DNA of 64,000 nt from NCBI GenBank assembly GCA_964016885.1, contig OZ024740.1, positions 253,580,001 through 253,644,000 on the forward strand, read 5' to 3'. Shown here one piece after another: positions 1 through 14,699 of the stretch. The notes beneath the pieces were generated by a model. The model saw nothing but the letters and a program-made list of their open reading frames with translations. It ran no database searches and was not told where the DNA came from. The stretch comes from Eledone cirrhosa. Lineage: Eukaryota. Each line of letters begins with the position of its first letter. Within the stretch, counting starts at the first letter, position 1. The position numbers and the translations under genes were made by a program.

Positions 1-624
1 TAATATTGAGGGGGGGACTAGATAAAATATTTCAAATCAAATGTGTATAAGTTATAAGTTAAAATGTATAAATAGAGACGATAGTGGAGGTATATCTGTT
101 TAGTGGAACAGTAGACGATAGAATTAAATACAGACGAGAATCTCCCTTTAATGAAACAGCAGACGATAGAATTAAGGCAATTTAAATTTTAAGCATTTGC
201 ATTTTTGCCTTTCATCGTTACGGGGTCGATAAAATAAAGTACCAGTAATACACTGTCACTAGACGACTTTCAAATTGAATTGTTGGTTCCATTTCTTTAG
301 TATTTTCAATTGTAGTTATCTACTTAAAAAGCGTTACACGGTTAGAGACATAATTCGTAAGTTATATCTTCCCTATTAAACCATTGCATTATTTCGCCTA
401 CAATAGAACAAAAATGAAATGTTCTTTAAAGAAACAGGAATATAACTTTATAAAAAAAAAAGTTGCATCCGCTTCTTTTATCATTGATAATTTTTTCGTT
501 TTAATATTAATTGTTTTTTGTAGTTGTTTATATTAAAAATCTTACTGTAATATTTACTTAAACGAAGGCAAACATCTAAACTTATAGATTAATCTTGAGC
601 GAAGGACTAGATAAATCTCTCTCC

Positions 625-657
<33 letters not shown>

Positions 658-1036
658 AACGAAGAATGATAAAATTTCAAGCAAAGAGTTTAATTAGGTA
701 TATTTTGTAATATTATTAACTAATTATTATAATTAACGCGCATATTTTGCTATCCTCAAACACGTTTACACATGGCATGAAATATAACTAATCCGAGATG
801 GCTAGGTTTCATCTTCTAACTGGATATACGAAATCCATTATGTCTTGACAACAACATGAGGTAACATTATGTTATTCACAGACACACTTTGTACACTGTT
901 CCATATCAGAATGTATTTCCTTCGTCACATTCACAAACAGTATTGAAAATATGTTCTTCGGCAAATAAAAATGTTTTGTTCATAATATTTCAACTAGCGA
1001 TTGCTCTACTCCACGCACGACCACCATAAATTAATG

Positions 1037-1220
1037 ACCAGCTCAACACAAGTATTGGTAGAGCGTCAGACACCATGCTTTGCAGTATTGTTATGGTCCT
1101 TTGCATTCTAAGTTCAAATCCTGCCGAGGTTAACTTCGACTTTCATACTTACTAATTCGATAAAATAAAGTACCAGTAATGGACTGCCGTAATGGATTTG
1201 TGCCGAAAAATAGAAACACT
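1037..1220 (+). mobile_element. tRNA-derived SINE (mirror copy at 27464-27647, minus)
   Basis: GGTAGAGCG A-box-like and GTTCAAATCC B-box-like motifs; shared TCGATAAAATAAAGTACCAGT domain; flanked by ATTAATG direct repeats (putative TSD). Confidence 0.75.
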
Positions 1221-1774
1221 ATTAATGTGCAATAAGAGCAAAATATAACGACATTGCTCAATTATTTTATCTAATGTTGTAATAACACAAGGAAATGTTG
1301 TTTGTGTATTTTTTTTTATATTTGCTCATAGGCTTTTACAATTTCGCTCAGCCAACAACTATTAAAAAGTGAGTTGCTTAAGATAACAATTTAATCACAA
1401 ATTGTTGCTATCTTTTAATACACTCCAACAAGTCATCAAATTATGTACAATAAAAACAAATCTTATTAATTTGCTCAGGGAATATAAAGAAAATGTATAT
1501 ACACTGATAATTGCAATTGTATGTAAATATTTTGTTTTTGTATTGTATATTTTATGTTTTCTATTATGTATAATATATTGATTTAATATTGATTGTTTTT
1601 TGTAGTTGTTTATATTAAAAGTCTGAAAATATTTTTATACATCTTACACTAATATTTATAAGATAATTTATAATAACAATTACATAATCTAATTACATTA
1701 CAACGATAATTTATTATTAATATATATCCTGTTTAACTAGAGTTATTACAAGCGTTGCCTTAAAAAAATATTAA

Positions 1775-2731
1775 ACTAGACATGAAAAATGCGCAAGCTC
1801 AAAAGTGCCACAGAATGTTATAATAAACCTTCAAAAGTGTGGGACTAGAGTTGTTGCTAAAAAATATTGTAATCATTATATATCGTACATTCTGTGGCAT
1901 CCTTTATAAAAATAGCTTAAACCAACGAAGCCTTTATTTTTACGCTATTTCACTTAGTTAATTCTTAGAGTGTAACATATAAAAATAAATACATCTATGT
2001 TTAATGTAATAACAGCTATAAATAATTACGTAATATTATTATCATATACTCATAGTAACAAAATAATTGTGTTGAAAATTAATATGATGCTTATATGAAC
2101 GATCAAATCTATAATGATAATTTCTTAAATATACTAATAGTAAAATAATTTAGTTATCTATTGTTACATTTTCATAGAACTATAATATTAACAATCGTAT
2201 TGCATTATCAAATTTTTATCACTACAAACTTTCATATTGGAATTACCTTAAGCCACTTATTATTACTTCGCTTTCGTACTTTTACAGCTGTAGATATTGC
2301 GCTGTATCTTATATCTAATATCAATATCTCGTGGTAATTTGCATGAAGTGTAAAATAGGTTTATTAATAACTTTAATATGAAATGTATTATACAGGGCTG
2401 CGGAGTCGGCCAAAAATTGACTGGCTCCAACTCAGGATCCGATACTCCATTATTTCCTAAATTTCAGCTCCGCAGCTCTGTTATTATATTAATTAATTTA
2501 TTTTATAGTTGTAAATCATATTTTTATATGTTACACTCTAAGAATTAACTAAGTGAAATAGCGTAAAAATAAAGGCTTCGTTGGTTTAAGCTATTTTTAT
2601 AAAGGATGCCACAGAATGTACGATATATAATGATTACAATATTTTTTAGCAACAACTCTAGTCCCACACTTTTGAAGGTTTATTATAACATTCTGTGGCA
2701 CTTTTGAGCTTGCGCATTTTTCATGTCTAGT
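1775..2731. repeat. Foldback/MITE-like unit with ~213-bp terminal inverted repeats (1775-1987 / 2519-2731), ACTAG...CTAGT ends
   Basis: Direct reverse-complement match of the two arms. The unit is repeated at 25953-26909. Confidence 0.85.
2393..2480. mobile_element. Small hAT-like MITE (mirror copy 26204-26291)
   Basis: TIRs CAGGGCTGCGGAG / CTCCGCAGCTCTG. The 8-bp flanks GTATTATA / TTATTATA resemble a hAT TSD. Confidence 0.65.
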
Positions 2732-2785
2732 ACATATATATATATATACATATATATAGAGATATACATATATAGATATACATAT

Positions 2786-2820
<35 letters not shown>

Positions 2821-2996
2821 AATATATATATACATATATATACATATATATATATATACACATATATATATATATATATAAATATATATATATACATATA
2901 TATAAAAACATATATATATACATATATACATATATAGAAAAAGCATATAACGATATGTGCTTTTACAATTCTCCAGAGAAGCCGGAAGATAGGTAT

Positions 2997-3039
2997 ATAT
3001 TGCTGATGAGATGTAATAACATCGAAACTAGTCCAATAT
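2997..3039 (+). ncRNA. Minimal type I hammerhead ribozyme (Penelope pLTR type)
   Basis: ATATTG-CTGATGA-GATGT aata ACATC-GAAA-CTAG-TC-CAATAT: stems I and II are perfect, stem III is palindromic, and the cleavage triplet is GUC. Confidence 0.85.
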
Positions 3040-3261
3040 TCCTGTCTGGCTCTCTGAAAAATAGAGGAAGTGTGTTTCCTTGAAAACTCGTATGACTTTA
3101 AAACCCGGTTCGTCTGTTTGTTTACATACATACTAGCTGGACACTCACTGTAAAGTGTCTAGTGAAAAACTCAGTACATGTACATATGTATACATGTGTG
3201 TATTTATATGCATACTAGTACTTCCGTATACATATGTAGATGTACACTTTAACTTAATTGT

Positions 3262-3294
3262 TACATATATATACATATATATATATATATATAA

Positions 3295-3327
<33 letters not shown>

Positions 3328-3774
3328 CACATATATAGATATATACACATATATAGATATACATATATATACATATATATATATATATACACATATATAT
3401 ATACATACACATATATATATACATATATATATACACATATATAAACACATATATATACACATATATATATACATATATATATACATATATATATACATAT
3501 ATATATACAAATATATATATATATATACATATATATATACATATATATATATACACATATATATATACATATATATATATACACATATATATATATACAT
3601 ATATATATACATATATATATACATATATATATATATATACACATATATATATACATATATATATATACACATATATATATACATATATATATACATATAT
3701 ATATATATACACATATATATATACATATATATATACATATATATATATATACACATATATATATATATATATAC

Positions 3775-3827
<53 letters not shown>

Positions 3828-4122
3828 CATATATATATACATATATATACATATATATATATACATATATATATATACATATATATACATATATATATAT
3901 ACATATATATACATATATATATACATATATATATACATATATATATATACATATATATATACATATATATATATACATATATATATATACATATATATAT
4001 ACACATATATATATACATATATATATACATATATATATATACATATATATATATACATATATATATATACATATATATATACATATATATATATACATAT
4101 ATATATACATATATATATATAC

Positions 4123-4177
<55 letters not shown>

Positions 4178-4298
4178 CATATATATACATATATATATAC
4201 ATATATATATATATGCATATATATATACATATATATATATATACATATATATATATACATATATATATACATATATATATACATATATATATATATAC

Positions 4299-4382
<84 letters not shown>

Positions 4383-4448
4383 ATATACATATATATATAC
4401 ATATATATACATATATATATACATATATATATATACATATATATATAC

Positions 4449-4499
<51 letters not shown>

Positions 4500-4609
4500 C
4501 ATATATATACATATATATATATATACATATATATATACATATATATATATACATATATATATATACATATATATATATACATATATATATATACATTATA
4601 TATATATAC

Positions 4610-4662
<53 letters not shown>

Positions 4663-4670
4663 TATACACA
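3262..4670. repeat. ~1.4-kb (TA)n/(TACATA) microsatellite
   Basis: Direct reading. It produces spurious YI-rich ORFs in several frames. Confidence 0.97.
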
Positions 4671-4671
4671 T

Positions 4672-4717
4672 ATGCAAGCGTGGAACATGGACGTTAAACG
4701 ATGATGATGATGATGAT
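4672..4717 (+). mobile_element. Extreme 3' stub of an RTE LINE
   Basis: ATGCAAGCGTGGAACATGGACGTTAAACG followed by (GAT)n, matching the RTE ends at ~20830-20870 and ~25900-25950. Confidence 0.7.
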
Positions 4718-4885
4718 ATATATACATATATATATACATATATATATATATACTGAGAGAAGCAAAAAATTGCTTATTGTGATCCGGTTTTTGGTTAAGA
4801 AAGCCAGTTTCGTGGATGGTTTCAACGTACGGTTAGGGGTAACTCCACAAGTTTGTAAGAATTCTGTTCAATCTTGGAGTATAAA

Positions 4886-5167
4886 GTATAAAAGAGAAAA
4901 CACAGGTAAGCATTAAGAGAAGGATTTTATCCAGGTATTCACGACGTTTCATTGGTAAGTGCCACCTTATATTGCTATACTGCAAATAGCAGCCACTAAA
5001 TTATAATTGTTGTTCACAGTCCAAATTTTCAAAATTTTTTCAACAATTATAATTGAGTGGCTGCTATTTGCAGTATAGCAATATAAAGTGGCACTTACCA
5101 ATGAAACGTCGTGAATACCTGGATAAAATCCTTCTCTTAATGCTTACCTGTGTTTTCTCTTTTATAC
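4886..5167. repeat. Foldback inverted repeat (4886-5012 / 5041-5167)
   Basis: ~127-bp arms in reverse complement with few mismatches. Confidence 0.9.
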
Positions 5168-5191
5168 ATATATATATATACATATATACAC

Positions 5192-5222
<31 letters not shown>

Positions 5223-5257
5223 CATATATATATATACATATATATACATATATATAC

Positions 5258-5310
<53 letters not shown>

Positions 5311-5420
5311 TAGATATACATATATATAAACATATATATATAAACATATATATAAACATATATATAAACATATATATATATACATATATATATATATACA
5401 TATATATATACATATATATA

Positions 5421-7705
5421 TCATCATCATCATCATCATCATCATCACCGTTTTACGTCCGTTCTTCCACGCTAGCATGGGTTAGACGGGTTGTCCTGTT
5501 GTGGGCAGTGTCTGGTCGGCTGACCATGCCTTGCTCATACAGGAACTGATCTGGCTTGATTTCTACAGCTGGATGCCCTTCCTAACACCAACCTCATTTA
5601 CAGTGAGTGCTGGGTGCTTTTTCGTGGCGCCTACACGTCCACTTTACAGTGTGGGCTGGGTGCTTTTTTGCCGTGGCACCTCCACGATCACCTTGCGGTG
5701 GGGGGGGGGGGGGTATTGTTTATATGCTTCAGCATGTACCCATGGGAGGTCGGGTACTCTGTATTACTGCGTGACGCCAGAAGTCACGGTCGTGTGTCAT
5801 TGACTTTGAGAGGTGTAGTTGGGTAAGGTCGGCTTTTATCACCTTATCCCAAGTCATCTTGGGTCTCCCCACTCCGCGGTTTCCATCAACTTCTAGTGCT
5901 CTGCACCTTTTTATGCAGCTGTCATCCTTCATACGCATCACATGTCCATACCAGCGTAACCGCCTCTCCTGCACGCAGCATTTGATTCCTCTTATGCTCA
6001 GTCTCTCTCTCAATTCCTTTATGCTTTGTCGTTCACGTATATTACTGTTACACATCCATCGGAGCATGCAGGCTTCGTTTCTCTCTAATCTACGTAAGTC
6101 TTCCACCTTCAGCGCCCAGGTCTCACTACCATGCAACATCGCTGTTCGGATACACACATCATACAGTCTGCCTTTCATTCTGAGGGAGAAGCCTTTTGCA
6201 GCTAGCAGTGGTAGTAGTTCCCTAAACTTCTTCCATCCCGTTCTTACCCTAGTTATTGTACTTTCTGAGCACCCACCTCCGTTGCTAATTCGGTCACCTA
6301 GGTAGCAGAAGCTGTCTACTGTTTCTACAGGGCCCTCCCAGAGATTGGTGGTACTTGTTTCCTGTGGCTGTTTGCTTGCTGTTTCAGCACAGCTGCTGCA
6401 TGTGAATCCTACATTCTTAATTAAGCTTCCTGAGATCCCGCTACATCTCTTGTGTACCCATTGTTTGCATTTGGGGCAGAGAATGGAGTTCCTACCTACA
6501 CCTTTCCTACATACTGAGCAAGGCCATTTCTCTGAGGGGATCTGGGTTCTGTTTTCTCGTCTACTTATAAGGACCTTAGTCTTTGTCATGTTGACTTTGA
6601 GGCCCTTTCTCTCTAGTCCCTGCTTCCAGGTTTGGAATTTATTCTCTAGTTCTACCATAGATTCAGCTATGAGTGCGAGGTCATCAGCATACAGGAGTTC
6701 CCATGGGCATCCGGTCTTAAACTCCTCCGTTATTGCCTGCAGGACTATGATGAACAGGAGAGGGCTAAGAACAGAGCCCTGGCGGACCCCAACCTGTACG
6801 CTAAATTCCTCGCTATACTCATTGCCAATCCTAACTTTGCTGACTGCACCCCTATACATGGCTTGTACCGCTTTCACAAGCCATTCATCTACTCCTAGTT
6901 TTCTAAGAGCCCACCAGATTACTGCACGTGGAACTCTGTCAAAGGCTTTCTCCAGGTCGACAAATGCCAAGTAGAGTGGCTTACTTTTAGCTAGGTACTT
7001 TTCCTGTAATTGCCTCACAAGGAAGAGGGCATCAGTGGTGCCTTTCCCTGGTACAAACCCAAATTGCATCTCGTCTATATTCACCCGGTCCCTAATCAGC
7101 TGTGCTATAACTCTTTCTGTTACTTTCATGACCTGGTCCATCAACTTTATACCTCTATAGTTTCCTCTATCTAGTGCATCGCCTTTACCTTTGTAGCAGT
7201 TGACAATGATGCTACTGCACCAATCTTTTGGTATGGCCCCCTCTAGTATTACCTGGTTAACGATACGTGTGGTTATAGTGTGACCTACAGACCCAGATGC
7301 CTTCAGCATCTTGGCAGCTATACCCGATGGACCGGTTGCCTTCCCCATCTTCATATCTTTGATTGCCTTACTTACTACGTTGCTGCTGACTTGTACTGCT
7401 GGCCCCTCTATAGGGTCTACTTGGGGTAGGGTCTCTTCTTCCCATGCATTCTCCTCATTTAGTAATCTATCATAATGACTCTTCCATGCATCTTTCTTCT
7501 CAGCACTTGTGAGTGCAAGCTCACCTTTATCATTCCGGATACACTTCTCTCCAATGACATCACAACTATCTCTGACACACTGCCTCGCAATCTTGAATAC
7601 CTCCTGTTTCTGGTCCTCACGTTGTAAAACATGCTTGAATTTTCTATCCTCTGCTTCCCTCCTAGCTAAGTATACTTGTCGCCTAGCTTCCCTCTTGGTC
7701 TCTAT
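5421..7705 (-). mobile_element. 5'-truncated RTE-clade LINE (family A); RT and PHD-like finger open from ~7705 to stop 5729
   Basis: ORF contains [30 protein letters not shown] and RLRWYGHV; (GAT)n tail at 5421-5447. Confidence 0.95.
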
Positions 7706-8609
<904 letters not shown>

Positions 8610-8614
<5 letters not shown>

Positions 8615-10166
8615 GGAGGTGAGTTTTATTGTAGTACAATAAAGCAATGCAGATATCGGATAAGAAGCACTCTACAGTTTGTAGGACTGGAGTATACATA
8701 ATATAAGATCAAAAGATGGTTAAAGGAGTTCCATGTATTTTATTATGCGCATTTCAAAAACAAACATCATCATGCAATAATATTTGTGTTTTCATCAGAT
8801 AAAACAGGAGAACATGATATGAAGGCTAAAAAACACTTGTGGATAGTGCAGTTTTAAATCAACATATGAAAAGTGGTTTTAGATTGATGTGTGATATTGG
8901 GAAAAATATTTTATTTAGAGAGGGGGGGGGGAGGATGAAAAAGGGGAGGAAATGAGAGGGAGAGATGGGTGATAGAGAGAAAGAGATAGTTTTTATAACT
9001 GAGAGAAGATATATTGTTTTACATAGAGAGGTTGAAAACCGTTGGAAGATAATGTATAAATTAATTTGAAAATTAATGAAGGGAAGATATGTGCGAGGAA
9101 AAAATATTTTATTTAGGGGGGGGGGGAATGAAAAAAGGGGGAGGAGATGAGAGTGAAGGTGGAGAGGGAGAGATGGGTGATAGAGAGAAAGAGATAGTTT
9201 TTATAACTGAGAAAAGATATATTGTTTTACATAGAGAGGTTGAGAACCGTTGGAAGATAATGTATAAATTAAAGGAATTTGAAAATTAACGAAGGGAATT
9301 TATGTATGAAGATAGAGAGAAAAAAAAAAAATAATTGTGGATGAATATTCTAACGTCAAAAAAAGTGTATGTTGATAAGTATTGTGGCAATTTCAAAATT
9401 AACGAAGAGAAAAAATTATTAAGGTTTGTGTGTAGAAGGATTTGAGAAAAATAATGTGAAGTTAAAGTTTGTATATTGAAGGAATTGATAATATATGCGA
9501 ATAAAGAGTTAATATGTATTAAGAATGAGTTCGTTGATGGGGAGAAAAAAATAATAAATTAAGGATGAAATTGAGATTAAAAAGTTTTATGATAGAGAGA
9601 AAAAATAATAATAATTGCGGATGAATATTCTAACGTCAAAAAAACAAATGTATATGTTATGAAGGATTTTACAAGGTGAATATAGAAAGAGGGTAATGAG
9701 TAAACAAGTATTATAGAGTGTATAATGCCCTTTAAAGTAAGGTAGGAAGATGGGTATATTTTAAAGAGGTGTATGTATATGTGCCTTTGAGAAAAGATTC
9801 TAAATTGATAAAGAATTGAATATTAACTGTATACTTTGTGAAAAGTCCTATGGAATTTATGCAGGCAGATAGAAAACAAATCTGTACGTCTATTTATTAT
9901 AGAATCTAGGTTAGAGATAATGGTAAATTTTTCATTTAGGCAGAGATTACAGATTTTAGATAGAGAGCTGTTCAAGTATTCAAATATGTTCAAATATTAT
10001 TGCATGATGATGTTTGTTTTTGAAATGCGCATAATAAAATACATGGAACTCCTTTAACCATCTTTTGATCTTATATTATGTATACTCCAGTCCTACAAAC
10101 TGTAGAGTGCTTCTTATCCGATATCTGCATTGCTTTATTGTACTACAATAAAACTCACCTCCTACA
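8610..10166 (-). mobile_element. Penelope-like element 3' remnant (GIY-YIG tail, 3' UTR/pLTR) with an inverted partial pLTR at ~9990-10166
   Basis: Near-identical to 16500-18146 in reverse. 8610-8785 and 9990-10166 are inverted repeats. Confidence 0.85.
8736..8806 (-). ncRNA. Hammerhead ribozyme with extended (36-nt) stem II
   Basis: Minus strand reads TGTTTTAT-CTGATGA-[36 nt hairpin]-GAAA-TGCGCA-TA-ATAAAATA. Confidence 0.7.
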
Positions 10167-10547
10167 TATATACATATATATATATATATACACATATATA
10201 TATAACGGCGATGAATTAGTTTTGCAATGTTTTTTATATGAAATAGTGTGTCGAAATAAATATTGTTATACTTGGGGAGGGTCATATTTGTGTAATATTG
10301 CCAGAATTAATAACAGAACACACTCAGTGTTTGGTTGGTTTTCGCTTATCGCTTCTGTGTCTTTTATATCGGTAATCTAACTTATTCGGTCCTCAATGTT
10401 GCCATTGACTGACCGACGCTCAAAAATAATACAGATACAATATAGACACAAACACATATATATAGCTTATCATAAATCTTTCGTTGCACATCTGCAACAT
10501 CGTCAGTGGTAATATTGTTTCCTCCCGTTGCATTGTATGTCTACGCC

Positions 10548-11675
10548 ATTTTTTTTGTCGTGACACCTACACGATCTCATTTGTTTCGGCCTGGATATTG
10601 TGGCACCAACATAACTTTACATTGAAAGGGCGGTGTGGATGGGGTGGGGGTGGTGGGACGGGGTTGTGTTTTGATAGAGATGCCTACTGACTGTAGTAGG
10701 TTTTACTTTGTATTTAGGTAAGGTGGGTCTTCTCTATTACTGAGTACCGCCAAAGGTCTCGGTCCAGTGACATTGTCTTGGAGAGGTGTAAGCGTGTGAG
10801 GTCGGAATTTATCATGTCGTCCCAGGTTTTTCTGGGTCTGCCTACTCCGTGGCTACCGTCTATCTTTATTGCCCTGCACTTTGTTATACAGCTGTCGTCT
10901 TTCATGCGCATCACGTGACCATACCAACGTAGCCTCTCGAGTAAACAACATCTGATCCCTCTTATTTCTAATTTTTTCCTTAGTTTGTTTATGCTTTGCC
11001 GTTCACGTATATTACTATTACACACCCAGCGGAGCATGTAAGCTTCGTTCCTCTCTAGTCTGCGTATATCCTCTGCACACAATGTCCAGGTCTCACTACC
11101 ATGCAACATTGCTGTTCGTATGCAGGCATCATACAACCTGCCTTTCATTTTTAGGGAGAACCCTTTAGCGGCTAATAGTGGTATAAGCTCTCTGAACTTT
11201 TTCCATCCAGTTCTGACTCTAGCTACTGTACTTTCAGAGCACCCTCCCCCACTGCTGATTTTGTCACCCAGGTAACGGAAGCTGTCCACTATTTCTATAG
11301 AACCCTCTGCGCAATTGAAAGTGCTAGTATTCTGTGGGCACTTGCTGCTACTTATTGCACTAGAGCACCGGCCACATGTAAAATCTATGTTCTTAGTTAG
11401 CTTACCTGTGATCCCACTACATCTTTTATGCACCCATACTTTGCATTTGGGACATAAAATGGAGTTTCTACCTACGCCTTTCCTACACACTGAGCATGGT
11501 CATTTCCCGGAAGGGACCGGCGCCTTATTTTCTTTCCTACAAACTAGAACTTTAGTCTTAGCCAGGTTAATTTTAAGGCCTTTTGATTCTAGGCCGTGCT
11601 TCCATGTTTGGAATTTCTTCTCTAGTTCAGTCATTGATTCAGCTATGAGCGTTAGATCATCTGCGTATAGGAGTT
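10548..11675 (-). mobile_element. RTE LINE fragment (family B), RT C-terminus and part of 3' UTR
   Basis: ORF 10714-11490 contains the PHD-like CxxC cluster, FRYLG and RWYGHV; YADD is at ~11660. Confidence 0.92.
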
Positions 11676-12360
11676 ATACATACAGGTACACATACATATA
11701 TGTAAGTATCAGTTTAGCGGACGTTTATTATAACGCCCGCTTTGTCCGTTTGTAAACAAACGAACAGCCTGAATTTATGCCGTACGGTCTTAAGGCAACG
11801 ACGTCACCTTTTTGTTCAACACTGACACAGGAACGATGTACTAGTTTCAAGCTTCTTAGCTATCATCAGCACCATATACCCTTCTGCCAGATGGTTGAAC
11901 GTTCGAAAGTATATACTTTCCTTATGAAAATTAACGGCTGAGCAGCCTAATTTGCATATCGGGTGAGTTCAGTTGGCCAGGCGCACCGAAAACGATAAGT
12001 TGTAATAGAATGAAAACGAAATTTCATTTCTCACTCTTAGTACGGCACTTACTTAAATGTAAGTATGTATGTATACGTACATACATATATGTATACAGAC
12101 GTACAGTAGCATGCATATATATATATATATACATACAGGTACACATACATATATGTACGTATCAGTTTAGCGGACGTTTATTATAACGCAGGCTGTTCGT
12201 TTGTTTACAAACGGACAAAGCGGGCGTTATAATAAACGTCCGCTAAACTGATACGTACATATATGTATGTGTACCTGTATGTATATATATATATTTTATA
12301 TATATATATATGCATGCTACTGTACGTCTGTATACATATATGTATGTACGTATACATACA
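11676..12360 (-). mobile_element. Non-coding pLTR-like remnant with hammerhead and direct/inverted terminal duplications
   Basis: 11676-11771 is duplicated directly at ~12129 and inverted at ~12190-12285; internal hammerhead present. Confidence 0.6.
11833..11875 (-). ncRNA. Minimal type I hammerhead ribozyme
   Basis: Minus strand reads ATGGTG-CTGATGA-T AGCT aaga AGCT T-GAAA-CTAG-TA-CATCGT; GUA cleavage triplet. Confidence 0.8.
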
Positions 12361-12444
12361 TATATATATATATGTATATATACATATATATATATGTATA
12401 TATACATATATATATATATGTATATATACATATATATATATGTG

Positions 12445-12589
<145 letters not shown>

Positions 12590-12606
12590 GTATATATACA
12601 TATGTA

Positions 12607-12641
<35 letters not shown>

Positions 12642-13038
12642 GTATATATGCATATGTATATATATATATTGCTAAAACAATCTGCATTTTTTATTATCAT
12701 TAATTGTTAGATACAAGAGTTTTTGTCGTATTGAACAGAACAAATCTTGTATTTTTGTTAATCGCTTGTTAAATACAAGGACCTCATTCAATCATTACCT
12801 TCAATCCTTTCCTATCTCCTCTCCTTCTTATAAATTCCTTAATTCCTTAATTCTAGCGTATTTTCAAAACAAAACAAAATCCTTTTCCTTCTTTCGAAAC
12901 TCTAAACTCCCGCTTCTACTAGCCCTCGACCCCCCTCCCTCTACTTCACGAGGGCATGGCGGTCAACCGCCCCAATACCTACATCATGCGGCCAAACCTC
13001 CCCCCCCTCTCTCTCTCTTAGCTCTCTCTCTCTCTCTT

Positions 13039-13069
<31 letters not shown>

Positions 13070-13099
13070 AGATCAAAAGATGGTTAAAGGAGTTCCATA

Positions 13100-13170
13100 T
13101 ATTTTATTATGCGCATTTCAAAAACAAACATCATCATGCAATAATATTTGTGTTTTCATCAGATAAAACA
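13100..13170 (-). ncRNA. Hammerhead ribozyme, extended stem II (copy of 18040-18110)
   Basis: Reverse complement of the motif at 18040-18110. Confidence 0.7.
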
Positions 13171-14178
13171 GGAGAACATGATATGAAGGCTAAAAAACAC
13201 TTGTGGATAGTGCAGTTTTAAATCAACATATGAAAAGTGGTTTTAGATTGATGTGTGATATTGGGAAAAATATTTTATTTAGAGAGGGGGGGGGGGGAGG
13301 ATGAAAAGGGAAGGAGATGAGAGGGAGAGATGGGTGATAGAGAGAAAGAGATAGTTTTTATAACTGAGAGGAGATATATTTTTTACATAGAGAGGTTGAA
13401 AACCGTTGGAAGATACTGTATAAATTAAAAATTTTGAAAATTAACGAAGGGAGGATATGTGCGAGGAAAAAATATTTTATTTAGGGAGGGGGGGTGGAAA
13501 GGATGAAAAAAAGGGGGAGGAGATGAGAGTGAAGGTGGAGAGGGAGAGATGGGTGATAGAGAGAAAGAGATAGTTTTTATAACTGAGAAAAAGATATAAT
13601 GTTTTAATATAGAGAGGTTGGGAACCGTTGGAAGATAATGTATAAATTAAAGGAATTTGAAAATTAACGAAGGGAAATTATGTATGAAGATAGAGAGAAA
13701 AAAATAATAATTGTGGGTGAATATTCTAACGTCAAAAAAAGAAATGTATGTATTGTGGCAATTTCAAAATTAACGAAGAGAAAAATTATTAAGGTTTGTG
13801 TGTAGAAGGATTTGAGAAAAATAATGTGAAGTTAAAGTTTGTATATTGATTGAATTGATAATATATGCGAATAAAGAGTTAATATGTATTAATAATGAGT
13901 TCGTTGATGGGGAGAAAAAAATAATAATAAATTAAGGATGAAATTGAGATTAAAAAGATTTATGATAGAGAGAAAAAATAATAATGATTGCGGATGAATA
14001 TTCTAATGTCAAAACAAATGTTATGATTTTACAAGGAGAAGATAGAATGAGGGTAATGAGTAAACGAGTATTATAGAGTGTATAATGCCCTTTAAAGTAA
14101 GGTAGATGGGTATATTTTAAAGAGGTGTATGTATATGTGCCTTTGAGAAAAGATTCTAAATTGATAAAGAATTGAATA

Positions 14179-14695
14179 TTAACTGTATACTTTGTGAAAA
14201 GTTCTATGGAATTTATGCAGGCAGATAGAAAACAAATCTGTGCGTCTATTTATTATAGAATCTAGATTAGAGATAATGGTAAATTTTTCATTTAGGCAGA
14301 GATTACAGATTTTAGATAGAGAGCTGTTCAAGTATGAGGATGCAGAAGAAATCTTCTTCCAAAAGATGGTATATTTAATGTTTTTGTCTTTTAAGGACCA
14401 TATGAGTTCTGAGAGAGCAGTGTTAGTTCTTTTAAGTTTGTATTTGAAAGATGAATGATGATTATAGAGACGAGCTTTAAAAGAGGTGGAAGTGGAGCCA
14501 AAATAGGTGAAGGAATTGGTGCTAGTTATAATTTTACATTCATAAATTAAGTTTTTATCGAGACAATGGTTGTTGAGAGGACATTTATTTTTAATGCGGC
14601 AGTTGCAATTAGAGAGATTATTAATGAGTGACCTAGTGTTATCTATAGAAGGAATTGGATTGGAGAAGTTGTTTGCGATAGGAAACAAAGGACAA
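14179..14695 (-). pseudogene. Inverted copy of the Penelope GIY-YIG endonuclease domain
   Basis: CNCRIKNKCPLNNHCL...LIYECKI...YFGST...CNLCLNEK. Confidence 0.85.
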
Positions 14696-14699
14696 GAGT

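Larger units (their letters stand above)
1..2731. repeat. Left arm of a large inverted repeat (partner 25953-28943); may extend beyond the window start
   Basis: Position 1 TAATATTGAG is the reverse complement of CTCAATATTA ending at 28943. Near-identity continues to the CTAGT ending at 2731, which pairs with ACTAG at 25953. Confidence 0.95.

Noticed and set aside
3145-4756. 400-530 aa ORFs rich in Y/I/M/C/V (also 7683-8647, 12205-12710, 57705-58300)
   Set aside because: These are translations of TA microsatellites, which lack stop codons; they are not genes.
5080-5120. GAAAC-GTC motif inside the 4886-5167 foldback
   Set aside because: No CUGANGA-like core is positioned upstream of a stem II.
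9990-10045. Plus-strand hammerhead in the inverted pLTR
   Set aside because: Truncated: the CTGATGA half is missing.
12910-13000. GC-rich structured patch considered as an HDV-like ribozyme
   Set aside because: It has a GCCCTCG/CGAGGGC stem, but the nested double-pseudoknot pairings could not be assembled.
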